Source: Deltaproteobacteria bacterium
GTDB taxonomy: Bacteria; SAR324; NAC60-12
Direction: 5' to 3'
DNA: 36,162 nucleotides
Assembly (NCBI GenBank): GCA_011522845.1
Contig: WTIF01000060.1
Span: 1-36,162 of the forward strand
Part shown: one piece after another, positions 26,676 through 34,506 of the stretch
Position numbering within the stretch: position 1 is the first letter of the stretch
How the letters are laid out: each line of letters begins with the position of its first letter
Made by a program: the position numbers and the translations under genes
Notes under the pieces: model-generated
Told to the model about the DNA's origin: nothing
The model's input: only the letters and a program-made list of their open reading frames with translations
Databases searched by the model: none

Positions 26676-29600
26676 ATGTTCACACACCTACATCTACATA
26701 CCCAGTACTCCCTGTTGGAAGGCGCTATTCGCGTCAAGCAGCTCGCAAAGGTCTTGAAAGAGCGAGGTTTTAGCGCCTGTGCCATCACTGATCATGGCAA
26801 TCTTTTCGGTGCTGTTGAGTTCTACCAGGCTCTTGAGAAGGAAAATTTGAAACCCTTGATTGGTATGGGTGCCTTTGTGAGTGAAGTTCCACTTGCAGAA
26901 CATCCAGATCCAAACGCCAATTTGCGCTACTTTCACACGCAGTTGCTCTGTCAGAATCGACAAGGATACCAAAATCTAGCCTACCTAGCGAGTCTTGGTT
27001 TCACGGATGGAAAGCGACGAGGCGTCCCTTTGATTGACCATATGCTATTAGAGCGTTACCGAGAAGGACTGATTGTTCTGAGTGGCGGAGTGGAGGGAGA
27101 ATTAGGTAGTCGTATCCTCAATGGACGCTTGGACGACGCTCGCCAACTAGCGCAGTGGTACGCAGATCTGTTCCCGGGTCGCTACTACCTGGAACTTCAG
27201 AATACGGGACTTGCTGAACAAGAGGAGGTGAATCAGGGATTAATGCAGCTCGCTGGGGATGTAGGCTTGCCTTTAGTAGGCACAAACAACTGTTTCTATG
27301 TGAATGCTGAAGAAGCCGAGGCCCAGCATATCCTCCGATTGATGGGCATGCAGCGCAAGGTGACAGACCGGGATGCCCCCCAGATGCTAACCGATCAGTG
27401 CTATCTCAAGACCGAAGCAGAGATGCAGGAGACTTTCATGTCGAGTGGTCTGCCACTCGAAGCATTGGAGAATACCGCTACGATTGCTGCCAGTTGCGAA
27501 CTCTCGTTGGATAACAGTACTTACTATCTACCACAGTTTGAGATTCCTCAGGGCTACACCTTGGATAGTTGGCTGGAGCATGAATCCCACACAGGCTTGG
27601 AACAGCGGTTAAAGATTCTACATGAGCTTTATCAATCTTCTGAGCCATTTGAGGAATTCCGTAAATCTTACGATGAGCGGCTTAGCTTTGAATTGAGAGT
27701 CATCAATCAGATGAAGTTTCCGGGCTATTTCCTGATCGTCGCGGAATTTATCAATTGGGCTAAGGACAACGGGGTGTCTGTGGGGCCAGGTCGTGGTTCT
27801 GGAGCCGGATCACTGGTTGCCTACGCTTTGCGTATCACCGATGTTGATCCGCTACGCTATGGTTTGCTATTTGAGCGATTTCTCAACCCAGATCGCATCA
27901 GCATGCCCGATTTCGACATCGACTTTGATGTTGAGGGTAGGGATAGCGTGATCGAACACGTACGTGAGATGTACGGTTCGGAAAAAGTTTGCCAGATCTC
28001 GACCTTTGGTTCGCTCAAGGCCAAAGCTGTTGTTAGGGGGGTCGCAAGGGTAATGGATTTTCCATTTTCAGAAGCTGACAAGATTGCCAAGTTAGTCCCC
28101 AACGAACTCAATATCAGTCTGCAGGATGCCATTGACAAGGAACCTGAACTAGCCCGGATGGAGCGCGAAGGAACAGAAAACGAGCAGAAGTTGATTCGGT
28201 TAAGCAAATCCTTGGAAAATCTCAGCACACATCTTGGTACTCACGCTGCGGGGGTGATCATCATGGATCAGGATATCCGTGAGGTGATGCCCGTTTGTAC
28301 AGGCAAAGACAACACTGTGCAGTCGATGTTTGCAATGAAATATGCTGAGGATCAAGGAGCGGTCAAGTTTGACTTTCTTGGCTTACTCAACCTTTCGGTT
28401 ATTGACAAGGCTCTGGAGTTGATCAATCGCAACCGTACCAAGGAAGAGCAACTGGATCTGAACAAGATTCCGATGGATGACGAACTTACCTTTGAACTGT
28501 TCTGTCGAGCAGACACAACTGGGGTTTTCCAGTTGGAATCTTCTGGAATGAAAAAACTACTACTCGATATGCGTCCTTCTGTCTTTGAAGACATTGTTGC
28601 TATTTTAGCATTGTATCGTCCAGGCCCTCTAGGATCTGGGATGGTTGAAGACTTTGTGCAATGTAAACATGGGCGAAAGAAGGTGGTCTATCCCCACCCC
28701 TTGATGGCAGAAATTCTCAAGGAAACCTATGGCGTGATGGTTTACCAAGAGCAGATCATGCAGGGAGTACAAGTACTTGCCAAGTTTACTCTGGGACAAT
28801 CTGATTTGTTGCGTCGAGCGATTGGCAAGAAGATTCCGGAGGTGTTGGCTGAGCAGCGTCAAAAGTTTGTTGAGGGCTGTTGTGCAAATCTGGAATTTGT
28901 TGAGGGGGTACCTCGTGGGATGAGCCCCGAGGAGAAAGCGAACGAGATTTTTGACCTGATCGATTACTTTTCGGGCTATGGTTTTAACAAGTCTCACACC
29001 GTAGCTTATGGTCTGATTTCTTATCAGACCGCCTACCTGAAGGCTCACTATCCTGTGCAGTTCATGGCGGCAGTGCTGAACTCCAGCATCACTAACCCAG
29101 ACAAGATCGTCAACTTTATCGGCGAATGCAAAGAAATGAAGATTCGGGTGTTGCCTCCAGATGTTCGTGAAGGACGTAAGCAGTTTACGGTCACCCGTCA
29201 AGGATATCGTGTACATAAGCGTACTCTACTTCACCTGGAGCAATTCCAGTCGATGAACAACGCAGAGCCTATTCGAAACGTATTGCGACACCTCCTCACT
29301 CCTATACTCGAAAAAGAATTTGGAACAGAATCTGAGTTTCTACAGGCGCTACAGACCCAGATGGAAGTCCTGAAAAAGAATTTGGATCCTGCCGAATCCA
29401 AAATCCTCCAACAACTTCAGGTTGAACTTCAAACCACTGCGGATACCGCAGAGCTATCTCCGATTCGAAGATTTCTGCGGCGAGAGGCTCGGATTGAAGC
29501 AGTGCGTTTTGGCTTGAATGCAGTTAAGAATGTTGGGGGCAATGCCGTTGATGCGTTGGTTGAAGCTCGCCAGGAAGTTGAAGAGATCAGTGACTTTATG

Positions 29601-30494
29601 GAGTTTTTGAAAATTTTGGATTTCAATCGAATGAATAAGCGCATGCTTGAAACACTGGTCAAGTGTGGGGCGTTTGATTCTTTTCGTCCTAACCGGGCTC
29701 AGTTATTCAACGTGCTGGATCATGCAATCCATCTAGCTCAGGAGTTCCAACGAGCAGAAGATGGCTCACAGCAATCACTATTTGATCTAATGGATGAGTC
29801 AGAGGCGCGTCAAACCGAAACACAACTAGAACTGCCAGATATTCGCGACTGGTCACTGAAAGAAAGACTTAGATTAGAGAAGGAGTCTCTAGGATTTTAT
29901 GTCTCTGGGCATCCTCTGGATCAATATGCTTCTGATGTTAAAGCTTTGGCAACCAGTTCCGCTGATATTCTTACCGGTATCCACAAAGAAGGAGACAATG
30001 TCTCCATCGCTGGAATTGTCGTTGAGAAGACCATTCGATTGACAAAAAACTCTGAAAAATTTGCTATTGTTCGTCTCGAAGACCTGAGGGGTATTCTGGA
30101 ACTGCCCATCTATAGTCGAATCTACAACGACTACGGACACCTGCTTGAAATGGATGAGCCGCTGCTTGTCAGTGGGCGCATCAGTTTTCGGGATGATGAG
30201 TTTGGTTTGGTAGCAGATCGCCTGGAATTACTCAGTCAGGTTCGCTCTGAAAAAGCACTAAGTATGACGATCTGTATCGATCAGGAGCGCATGCCTCCGG
30301 AGCAGTTGCGCCATCTGCGTGGTATATTTCAAAAGTACCAAGGGTCCCAGAAGATCCACTTTCGTGTCAAAACAGAGAGTGATGCCTCTGTAATGATCCA
30401 AACCCCAATGCAGGTTCAGTTGAACCCAAGAATGATGGATGAACTTGAAGAGTTGTGGAAGGAGCAAGCCGCTCTCTTTACCTACGCTGTGTGA
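26676..30494 (+). CDS. dnaE: DNA polymerase III alpha subunit, about 1272 aa, with an in-frame insertion of about 100 aa
   Basis: The PHP domain starts MFTHLHLHTQYSLLEGA. Palm motifs are GPGRGSGAGSLVAYALRITDVDP and PDFDIDF. FGLNAVKNVGGNAVDALVEAR is the HhH region. A C-terminal OB fold is present. I moved the start to ATG 26676. Confidence 0.97.
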   Translation: MFTHLHLHTQYSLLEGAIRVKQLAKVLKERGFSACAITDHGNLFGAVEFYQALEKENLKPLIGMGAFVSEVPLAEHPDPNANLRYFHTQLLCQNRQGYQNLAYLASLGFTDGKRRGVPLIDHMLLERYREGLIVLSGGVEGELGSRILNGRLDDARQLAQWYADLFPGRYYLELQNTGLAEQEEVNQGLMQLAGDVGLPLVGTNNCFYVNAEEAEAQHILRLMGMQRKVTDRDAPQMLTDQCYLKTEAEMQETFMSSGLPLEALENTATIAASCELSLDNSTYYLPQFEIPQGYTLDSWLEHESHTGLEQRLKILHELYQSSEPFEEFRKSYDERLSFELRVINQMKFPGYFLIVAEFINWAKDNGVSVGPGRGSGAGSLVAYALRITDVDPLRYGLLFERFLNPDRISMPDFDIDFDVEGRDSVIEHVREMYGSEKVCQISTFGSLKAKAVVRGVARVMDFPFSEADKIAKLVPNELNISLQDAIDKEPELARMEREGTENEQKLIRLSKSLENLSTHLGTHAAGVIIMDQDIREVMPVCTGKDNTVQSMFAMKYAEDQGAVKFDFLGLLNLSVIDKALELINRNRTKEEQLDLNKIPMDDELTFELFCRADTTGVFQLESSGMKKLLLDMRPSVFEDIVAILALYRPGPLGSGMVEDFVQCKHGRKKVVYPHPLMAEILKETYGVMVYQEQIMQGVQVLAKFTLGQSDLLRRAIGKKIPEVLAEQRQKFVEGCCANLEFVEGVPRGMSPEEKANEIFDLIDYFSGYGFNKSHTVAYGLISYQTAYLKAHYPVQFMAAVLNSSITNPDKIVNFIGECKEMKIRVLPPDVREGRKQFTVTRQGYRVHKRTLLHLEQFQSMNNAEPIRNVLRHLLTPILEKEFGTESEFLQALQTQMEVLKKNLDPAESKILQQLQVELQTTADTAELSPIRRFLRREARIEAVRFGLNAVKNVGGNAVDALVEARQEVEEISDFMEFLKILDFNRMNKRMLETLVKCGAFDSFRPNRAQLFNVLDHAIHLAQEFQRAEDGSQQSLFDLMDESEARQTETQLELPDIRDWSLKERLRLEKESLGFYVSGHPLDQYASDVKALATSSADILTGIHKEGDNVSIAGIVVEKTIRLTKNSEKFAIVRLEDLRGILELPIYSRIYNDYGHLLEMDEPLLVSGRISFRDDEFGLVADRLELLSQVRSEKALSMTICIDQERMPPEQLRHLRGIFQKYQGSQKIHFRVKTESDASVMIQTPMQVQLNPRMMDELEELWKEQAALFTYAV

Positions 30495-30995
30495 ATACGA
30501 TTGGTAATTAGTGCGTTTCCGCAGGGTTTTCTGCCAAAATCCTTGCGTATGCCTAAGCGACAGAGCGACCTAATACAAGTGAAAGAGTTTGCCAGAGTCT
30601 CAGTGGATAGGCCACTCCTGTACAGAGCAGAATAATACTCGAGAGCATGATTGCCTAGACTATTTGATTGAGAATATTTTTTATCTTATGGCAATACTGT
30701 ACCATTCTAAAAGTTCGAGAAAATCTCATTTGTCCTCTAGCAAAATGACAGTTTAGGAATGCGATTCCGTTTAGTTATGAATCTGCTACAGCCAGTACTT
30801 TTTGCTCAATCACAGTTTAAGTAGCTCATTGAGGAGTAGGCATAGAGTAATCGTGTGGTTTTGGTCACGGTATCCTCTGATCAAGAGGCTTTAGTGATTC
30901 TCAATTTGTTGCTTGATGAGATTTAGAAGCGGTGTTGCCCTTACTACCTGATAACGTCAGCGAAGTCAGAAACAAAGCGGAGTGGGTTCAGGTGC

Positions 30996-31011
30996 TGGTC
31001 TTGGAATTGCA
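30996..31011 (+). promoter_or_regulatory. Candidate sigma-54 promoter for the flgB operon
   Basis: The sequence reads TGGtcttggaaTTGCA, with TGG and a perfect TTGCA -12 element in the correct register. It ends 42 nt upstream of the flgB ATG. An IHF-like TCTCAAtttgTTG lies about 85 nt further upstream, at 30899-30911. Confidence 0.45.
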
Positions 31012-31052
31012 TCCAATTATAAAGCTTTTTTTCAGCCTGTTTGGAGTAATTC

Positions 31053-31466
31053 ATGTCTTTGTTCAACGATACCGCCCAATTACTTGCGCAGAAAACTTTA
31101 GATCTGCGTACCGAGCGACACAAGCTGCTCTCTTCGAACGTTGCGAACTTAGATACTCCCGGCTATCAAGCTGAAGATTTGGTATTCGAGAATTCGTTAG
31201 TGGCAGCCCTTGAAGCAGAGACGCCAGGTCCGTTGAAAGTAACAGATGAGCGGCATCTAGACGGAAACGATGCACCCTTGCTGGATACGGTCGAAGGGCA
31301 GCGAATTCGTAGTGCGACCCCCTTCGCTGATTTTGACGGAAATACAGTCGATTTGGACAAAGAAATGGCCAAGATGGCTGAGAACCAACTGATGTACAAT
31401 GCATCGATTCGGATGCTATCTCATCAATTTCGGATGCTTAAAACTGCCATCAGTGAGACCAAATAA
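31053..31466 (+). CDS. flgB: Flagellar basal-body rod protein FlgB, 137 aa
   Basis: The N-terminal rod motif is LSSNVANLDTPGY. The C-terminal heptad region is MAENQLMYNASIRMLSHQFRMLKTAI. A GGAG Shine-Dalgarno is present. Confidence 0.9.
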   Translation: MSLFNDTAQLLAQKTLDLRTERHKLLSSNVANLDTPGYQAEDLVFENSLVAALEAETPGPLKVTDERHLDGNDAPLLDTVEGQRIRSATPFADFDGNTVDLDKEMAKMAENQLMYNASIRMLSHQFRMLKTAISETK

Positions 31467-31915
31467 TGAGTTTTCTATCCGCATTCAATACTAGCGTATC
31501 TGGGATGACTGCCCAGCGGCAGCGTGTCAACACAATTTCAGAGAATATCGCCAACGCTGAAACAACCCGGACTCCTCAGGGAGGACCTTACCGACGTCGG
31601 GAAGTCATTTTGGCATCTGTGGCGAATGATCGAACTTTTGAAGAAGAACTGCTCTCTCAAGATCGTTCTGTCAGCACCTCAACTGAGGTAAAAGTTGTGG
31701 GCATTGTGCAGGATGAGCGACCACCGATTCTTCGCTTTGAGCCAGGGCATCCTGACGCCAACGAAGAGGGCTATGTGGAGATGCCCAACGTGAACATCAT
31801 GGAAGAGATGGTCAACTTAATGTCCGCAAACCGTTCCTACGAGGCCAACACTGCGGCCTTCAATGCAACTAAGAACATGGTTCAGTCAGCCCTTGATCTC
31901 GGACGAAACGCCTAA
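31466..31915 (+). CDS. flgC: Flagellar basal-body rod protein FlgC, 149 aa
   Basis: Motifs seen: ISENIANAETTRT and GYVEMPNVNIMEEMVNLMSANRSYEAN. The ATG overlaps the flgB stop by 1 nt (TAATG). Confidence 0.93.
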   Translation: MSFLSAFNTSVSGMTAQRQRVNTISENIANAETTRTPQGGPYRRREVILASVANDRTFEEELLSQDRSVSTSTEVKVVGIVQDERPPILRFEPGHPDANEEGYVEMPNVNIMEEMVNLMSANRSYEANTAAFNATKNMVQSALDLGRNA

Positions 31916-31956
31916 GATTTTGGTTGCTTGACCTCGGTGGCCATTCAGGAGGGCCC

Positions 31957-32244
31957 ATGAACGTGCAGAAGCCAACCGCCTTGGATAATAAACTCACTGT
32001 TCCCATGCGTCCAACCCAGGCTGCCGTGACAGCAGAGAGACCCTTCCAGCAGCAGATGCAGCAAGCTCTCAGTTCTGTCGATAACTTTGGCAAGGATGTG
32101 GATTCAGTACTGGACGGCCTCCACAGCAGTGTAAATCTGCAAGCAGAAGTGCGGCAAGCACGCAGCATGTATGAGCGAGCAATGGAAGTGCAGCAGTCTC
32201 TACAAAAACTTTATCGACATCTACGCTCTGCAGAAAGTGTTTGA
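31957..32244 (+). CDS. Hypothetical helical protein, 95 aa, inserted between flgC and fliE
   Basis: ATG 31957 lies 4 nt after AGGAGG. The protein is Q-rich and looks helical (PFQQQMQQALSSVDNFGKDVDSVLDGLHSSVNLQAEVRQARSMYERAMEVQQSLQKLY). Its size and layout resemble FliE, but it lacks the FliE C-terminal signature. Confidence 0.55.
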   Translation: MNVQKPTALDNKLTVPMRPTQAAVTAERPFQQQMQQALSSVDNFGKDVDSVLDGLHSSVNLQAEVRQARSMYERAMEVQQSLQKLYRHLRSAESV

Positions 32245-32308
32245 AAGAGCGGAATTTTTTGCCCGAAACTCTTGCCAATTCTCGGTTTTACTCTATTAAT
32301 CAGAACCT

Positions 32309-32614
32309 ATGAAATTGCCTCCTGATTCACTCTCCAGTTTGCAGGGCAAAAGCCTACTGCCTGATCCGTCCCGACCCAGCGTTGCTGAATCTGGCGCCAA
32401 CATTGGACAAACATTTGAACGTATGCTGATGGAAGTTAATCGTCAGCATCAGGAAGCTGAGCAGAAGCAAGTAGAGTTGTTGACAGCCTCTGAGAAAGAT
32501 ATCCACGGAACTGTCATTGCCATGGAGAAGGCAGAAATCTCACTGCGACTGCTGCTGCAGGTACGCAACAAACTAACAACAGCTTACGAAGAAGTTATGC
32601 GGATGCAGGTCTGA
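32309..32614 (+). CDS. fliE: Flagellar hook-basal body complex protein FliE, 101 aa
   Basis: The C-terminus carries the family signature QVRNKLTTAYEEVMRMQV, and FERMLMEVN lies upstream of it. Confidence 0.85.
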   Translation: MKLPPDSLSSLQGKSLLPDPSRPSVAESGANIGQTFERMLMEVNRQHQEAEQKQVELLTASEKDIHGTVIAMEKAEISLRLLLQVRNKLTTAYEEVMRMQV

Positions 32615-32657
32615 TCTACTCGTTATCACTCCTGTAGAACGTTTTGAAAGCAGGCGG

Positions 32658-32673
32658 TGGAATCAATTTTGCT
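32658..32673 (+). promoter_or_regulatory. Candidate sigma-54 promoter for the fliF operon
   Basis: The sequence reads TGGaatcaattTTGCT, with TGG and TTGCT in the correct register. It lies 143 nt upstream of the fliF ATG, inside the 201-bp fliE-fliF spacer. Confidence 0.4.
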
Positions 32674-32815
32674 GGGATCGCACGCACAACTGAGTAAGTA
32701 ATGGCGCTAACGCCAGCAGATAAGACTTTCCTGAAAATAATCACTTATTGCGAAGAATTGTAAACAAGTCTTCGATCAATTTTCTATTGTAGCATATCCG
32801 CTCAAGGCACTTTAG

Positions 32816-34429
32816 ATGGCAGAGCAGGCCGGCGTTCTAGGCGACGTAAGACTCCAGTTTCAAGATTTCTTCGGTTCCTTAAGTATCGCCAAACGGGTCA
32901 CCGTTTTGGTATCGCTGCTGATCGTCCTAGTCGGGATGGTCTCAATCATCATCATTTCCAACCAAGATAGCTGGGCTCCACTCTACTCAAATTTAGAGAC
33001 TCAGGACGCCGCACGTATCGTACAAAAACTCCAAGAAAATCAAATTCCTTACCTGCTAGGTCCTGGTGGAAACTCTGTAATGGTACACCCAGAGATGGCC
33101 GATCAAGCTCGCTTGACCTTGGCCAGTGAGAAGGTGCTACCAGGTGGTGGCATTGGCTTTCTCGATCTTTTCGAACAGCCAGCGCTCGGCGAAACTGAGT
33201 TTCAGCAGCAGGTTAAGTACAGGATTGCCCAAGAGGGCGAGTTAGCGCGCCTGATTGGTATGATTGAGAGCATTGATCGAGCTAAAGTCTCACTAGCTGT
33301 TCCGCAGAAAACCTTGTTCTCAGATTCTCAAGAAGAAGCTTCCGCCTCAGTAGCCCTAACGGTTAAAACTCAAGGTATTTCAGAAAAACAGGTTGAGACT
33401 GTCGTGCATTTGGTTGCAGGTGCCGTCGAAGGCTTGGAGCCTCGAAGAGTTAGAGTGACAGACCAAAAAGGGCGCTTGTTGACCGAAGGAATGGATGATC
33501 AGACTGTCGGCGGACGTTTGGACGAGCACTATTCCTACAAGCGACGATTGGAGATGGAACTGGAGCAGAAAGTGATTGCCCAGTTGGAAGAGGTCGTTGG
33601 AGAAGACCGAGTGCGAGTCAACGTCAATGCGGTGCTCCAATTCGACCGCGAGACGATTCGTGAGCAACTGATTGATCCTGATCAGACTAGCGTTGTCAGT
33701 GAACAATTGGTGGATGAAGCCTCGACTGGAACACGTTCTATCCCAGTTGGTCCTGCTGGTGTCACTACAAATCTTCCAGAAGCTACAGGTCGCGAGGCGG
33801 CAACTGTTTCTGAATTTGCCAAGAAGAATTCCACAAGAAATTATGAAACGTCTCGGCGTGAAATAGTTAAAGAAACTGCGTCTGGGCAGGTTTTGCGATT
33901 AACAGTTTCGGTATTGTTAGATAATAAGCGTCCACAGATTCTTGATGAGGGTGGTAACTACATTGGTCGAGACAACATTCCTTGGTCAGAAAACGAAAAA
34001 GAAGAAATTCAGAGTTTGGTCCGTAACGCCATCGGTTTTAACGAAGCGCGTGGAGACCGGGTCTCAGTGGTCAATATGCCATTCGGTAAAGCAGTCGAAG
34101 AAGATAAGGCAGCCGAGCTGGAAGCGACCCGAGTGCGTAACCAGTTCATTCTGGATCTCATCCGCTACGTTGCTTTAGGTGCTGCTGTACTGGCACTGAT
34201 CATGTTGGTCATCCGCCCAATGGTTCAGCGCTTGAGCACTAAGCCTGCAGATCTTGATCTGCTGATGGGCCTGCCGGCAACCATTGGTGAACTTGAAGGT
34301 GAGGAACTCGAGATTCCAACTGAACGCGAATCTGGACTACCTCCCCGCGAAAAAATTCTCGAAATGGCCAAGGGAGATCCGATCAAGACCGCAGGCCTCG
34401 TACGTACCTGGCTGCGCGACAAGAAGTAA
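32816..34429 (+). CDS. fliF: Flagellar M-ring (MS-ring) protein FliF, 537 aa
   Basis: The N-terminal TM is VTVLVSLLIVLVGMVSIIIIS. The YscJ/FliF ring-building motif is LYSNLETQDAARIVQKLQENQIPY. A second TM (ALGAAVLALIMLVIRPMV) and a short cytoplasmic tail follow. Confidence 0.93.
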   Translation: MAEQAGVLGDVRLQFQDFFGSLSIAKRVTVLVSLLIVLVGMVSIIIISNQDSWAPLYSNLETQDAARIVQKLQENQIPYLLGPGGNSVMVHPEMADQARLTLASEKVLPGGGIGFLDLFEQPALGETEFQQQVKYRIAQEGELARLIGMIESIDRAKVSLAVPQKTLFSDSQEEASASVALTVKTQGISEKQVETVVHLVAGAVEGLEPRRVRVTDQKGRLLTEGMDDQTVGGRLDEHYSYKRRLEMELEQKVIAQLEEVVGEDRVRVNVNAVLQFDRETIREQLIDPDQTSVVSEQLVDEASTGTRSIPVGPAGVTTNLPEATGREAATVSEFAKKNSTRNYETSRREIVKETASGQVLRLTVSVLLDNKRPQILDEGGNYIGRDNIPWSENEKEEIQSLVRNAIGFNEARGDRVSVVNMPFGKAVEEDKAAELEATRVRNQFILDLIRYVALGAAVLALIMLVIRPMVQRLSTKPADLDLLMGLPATIGELEGEELEIPTERESGLPPREKILEMAKGDPIKTAGLVRTWLRDKK

Positions 34430-34506
34430 TCAATCAAGGCAGTCTTGGTGTCTGTCTTGTAATCCCTGCCGTTCCCTCTTATTTTTCCCCCTAGCACTCC
34501 TGTCTT

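Noticed and set aside
29193-29501. An intein in dnaE.
   Set aside because: The insertion is only about 103 aa. It has no Cys/Ser/Thr at the N-junction, no His-Asn plus Cys/Ser/Thr at the C-junction, and no homing-endonuclease motifs. It is better explained as a lineage-specific helical insertion.
30932-31174. An 80-aa ORF spanning the flgB promoter and overlapping flgB.
   Set aside because: It overlaps flgB out of frame and covers the sigma-54 element. It has no ribosome-binding site and the sequence does not look protein-like.
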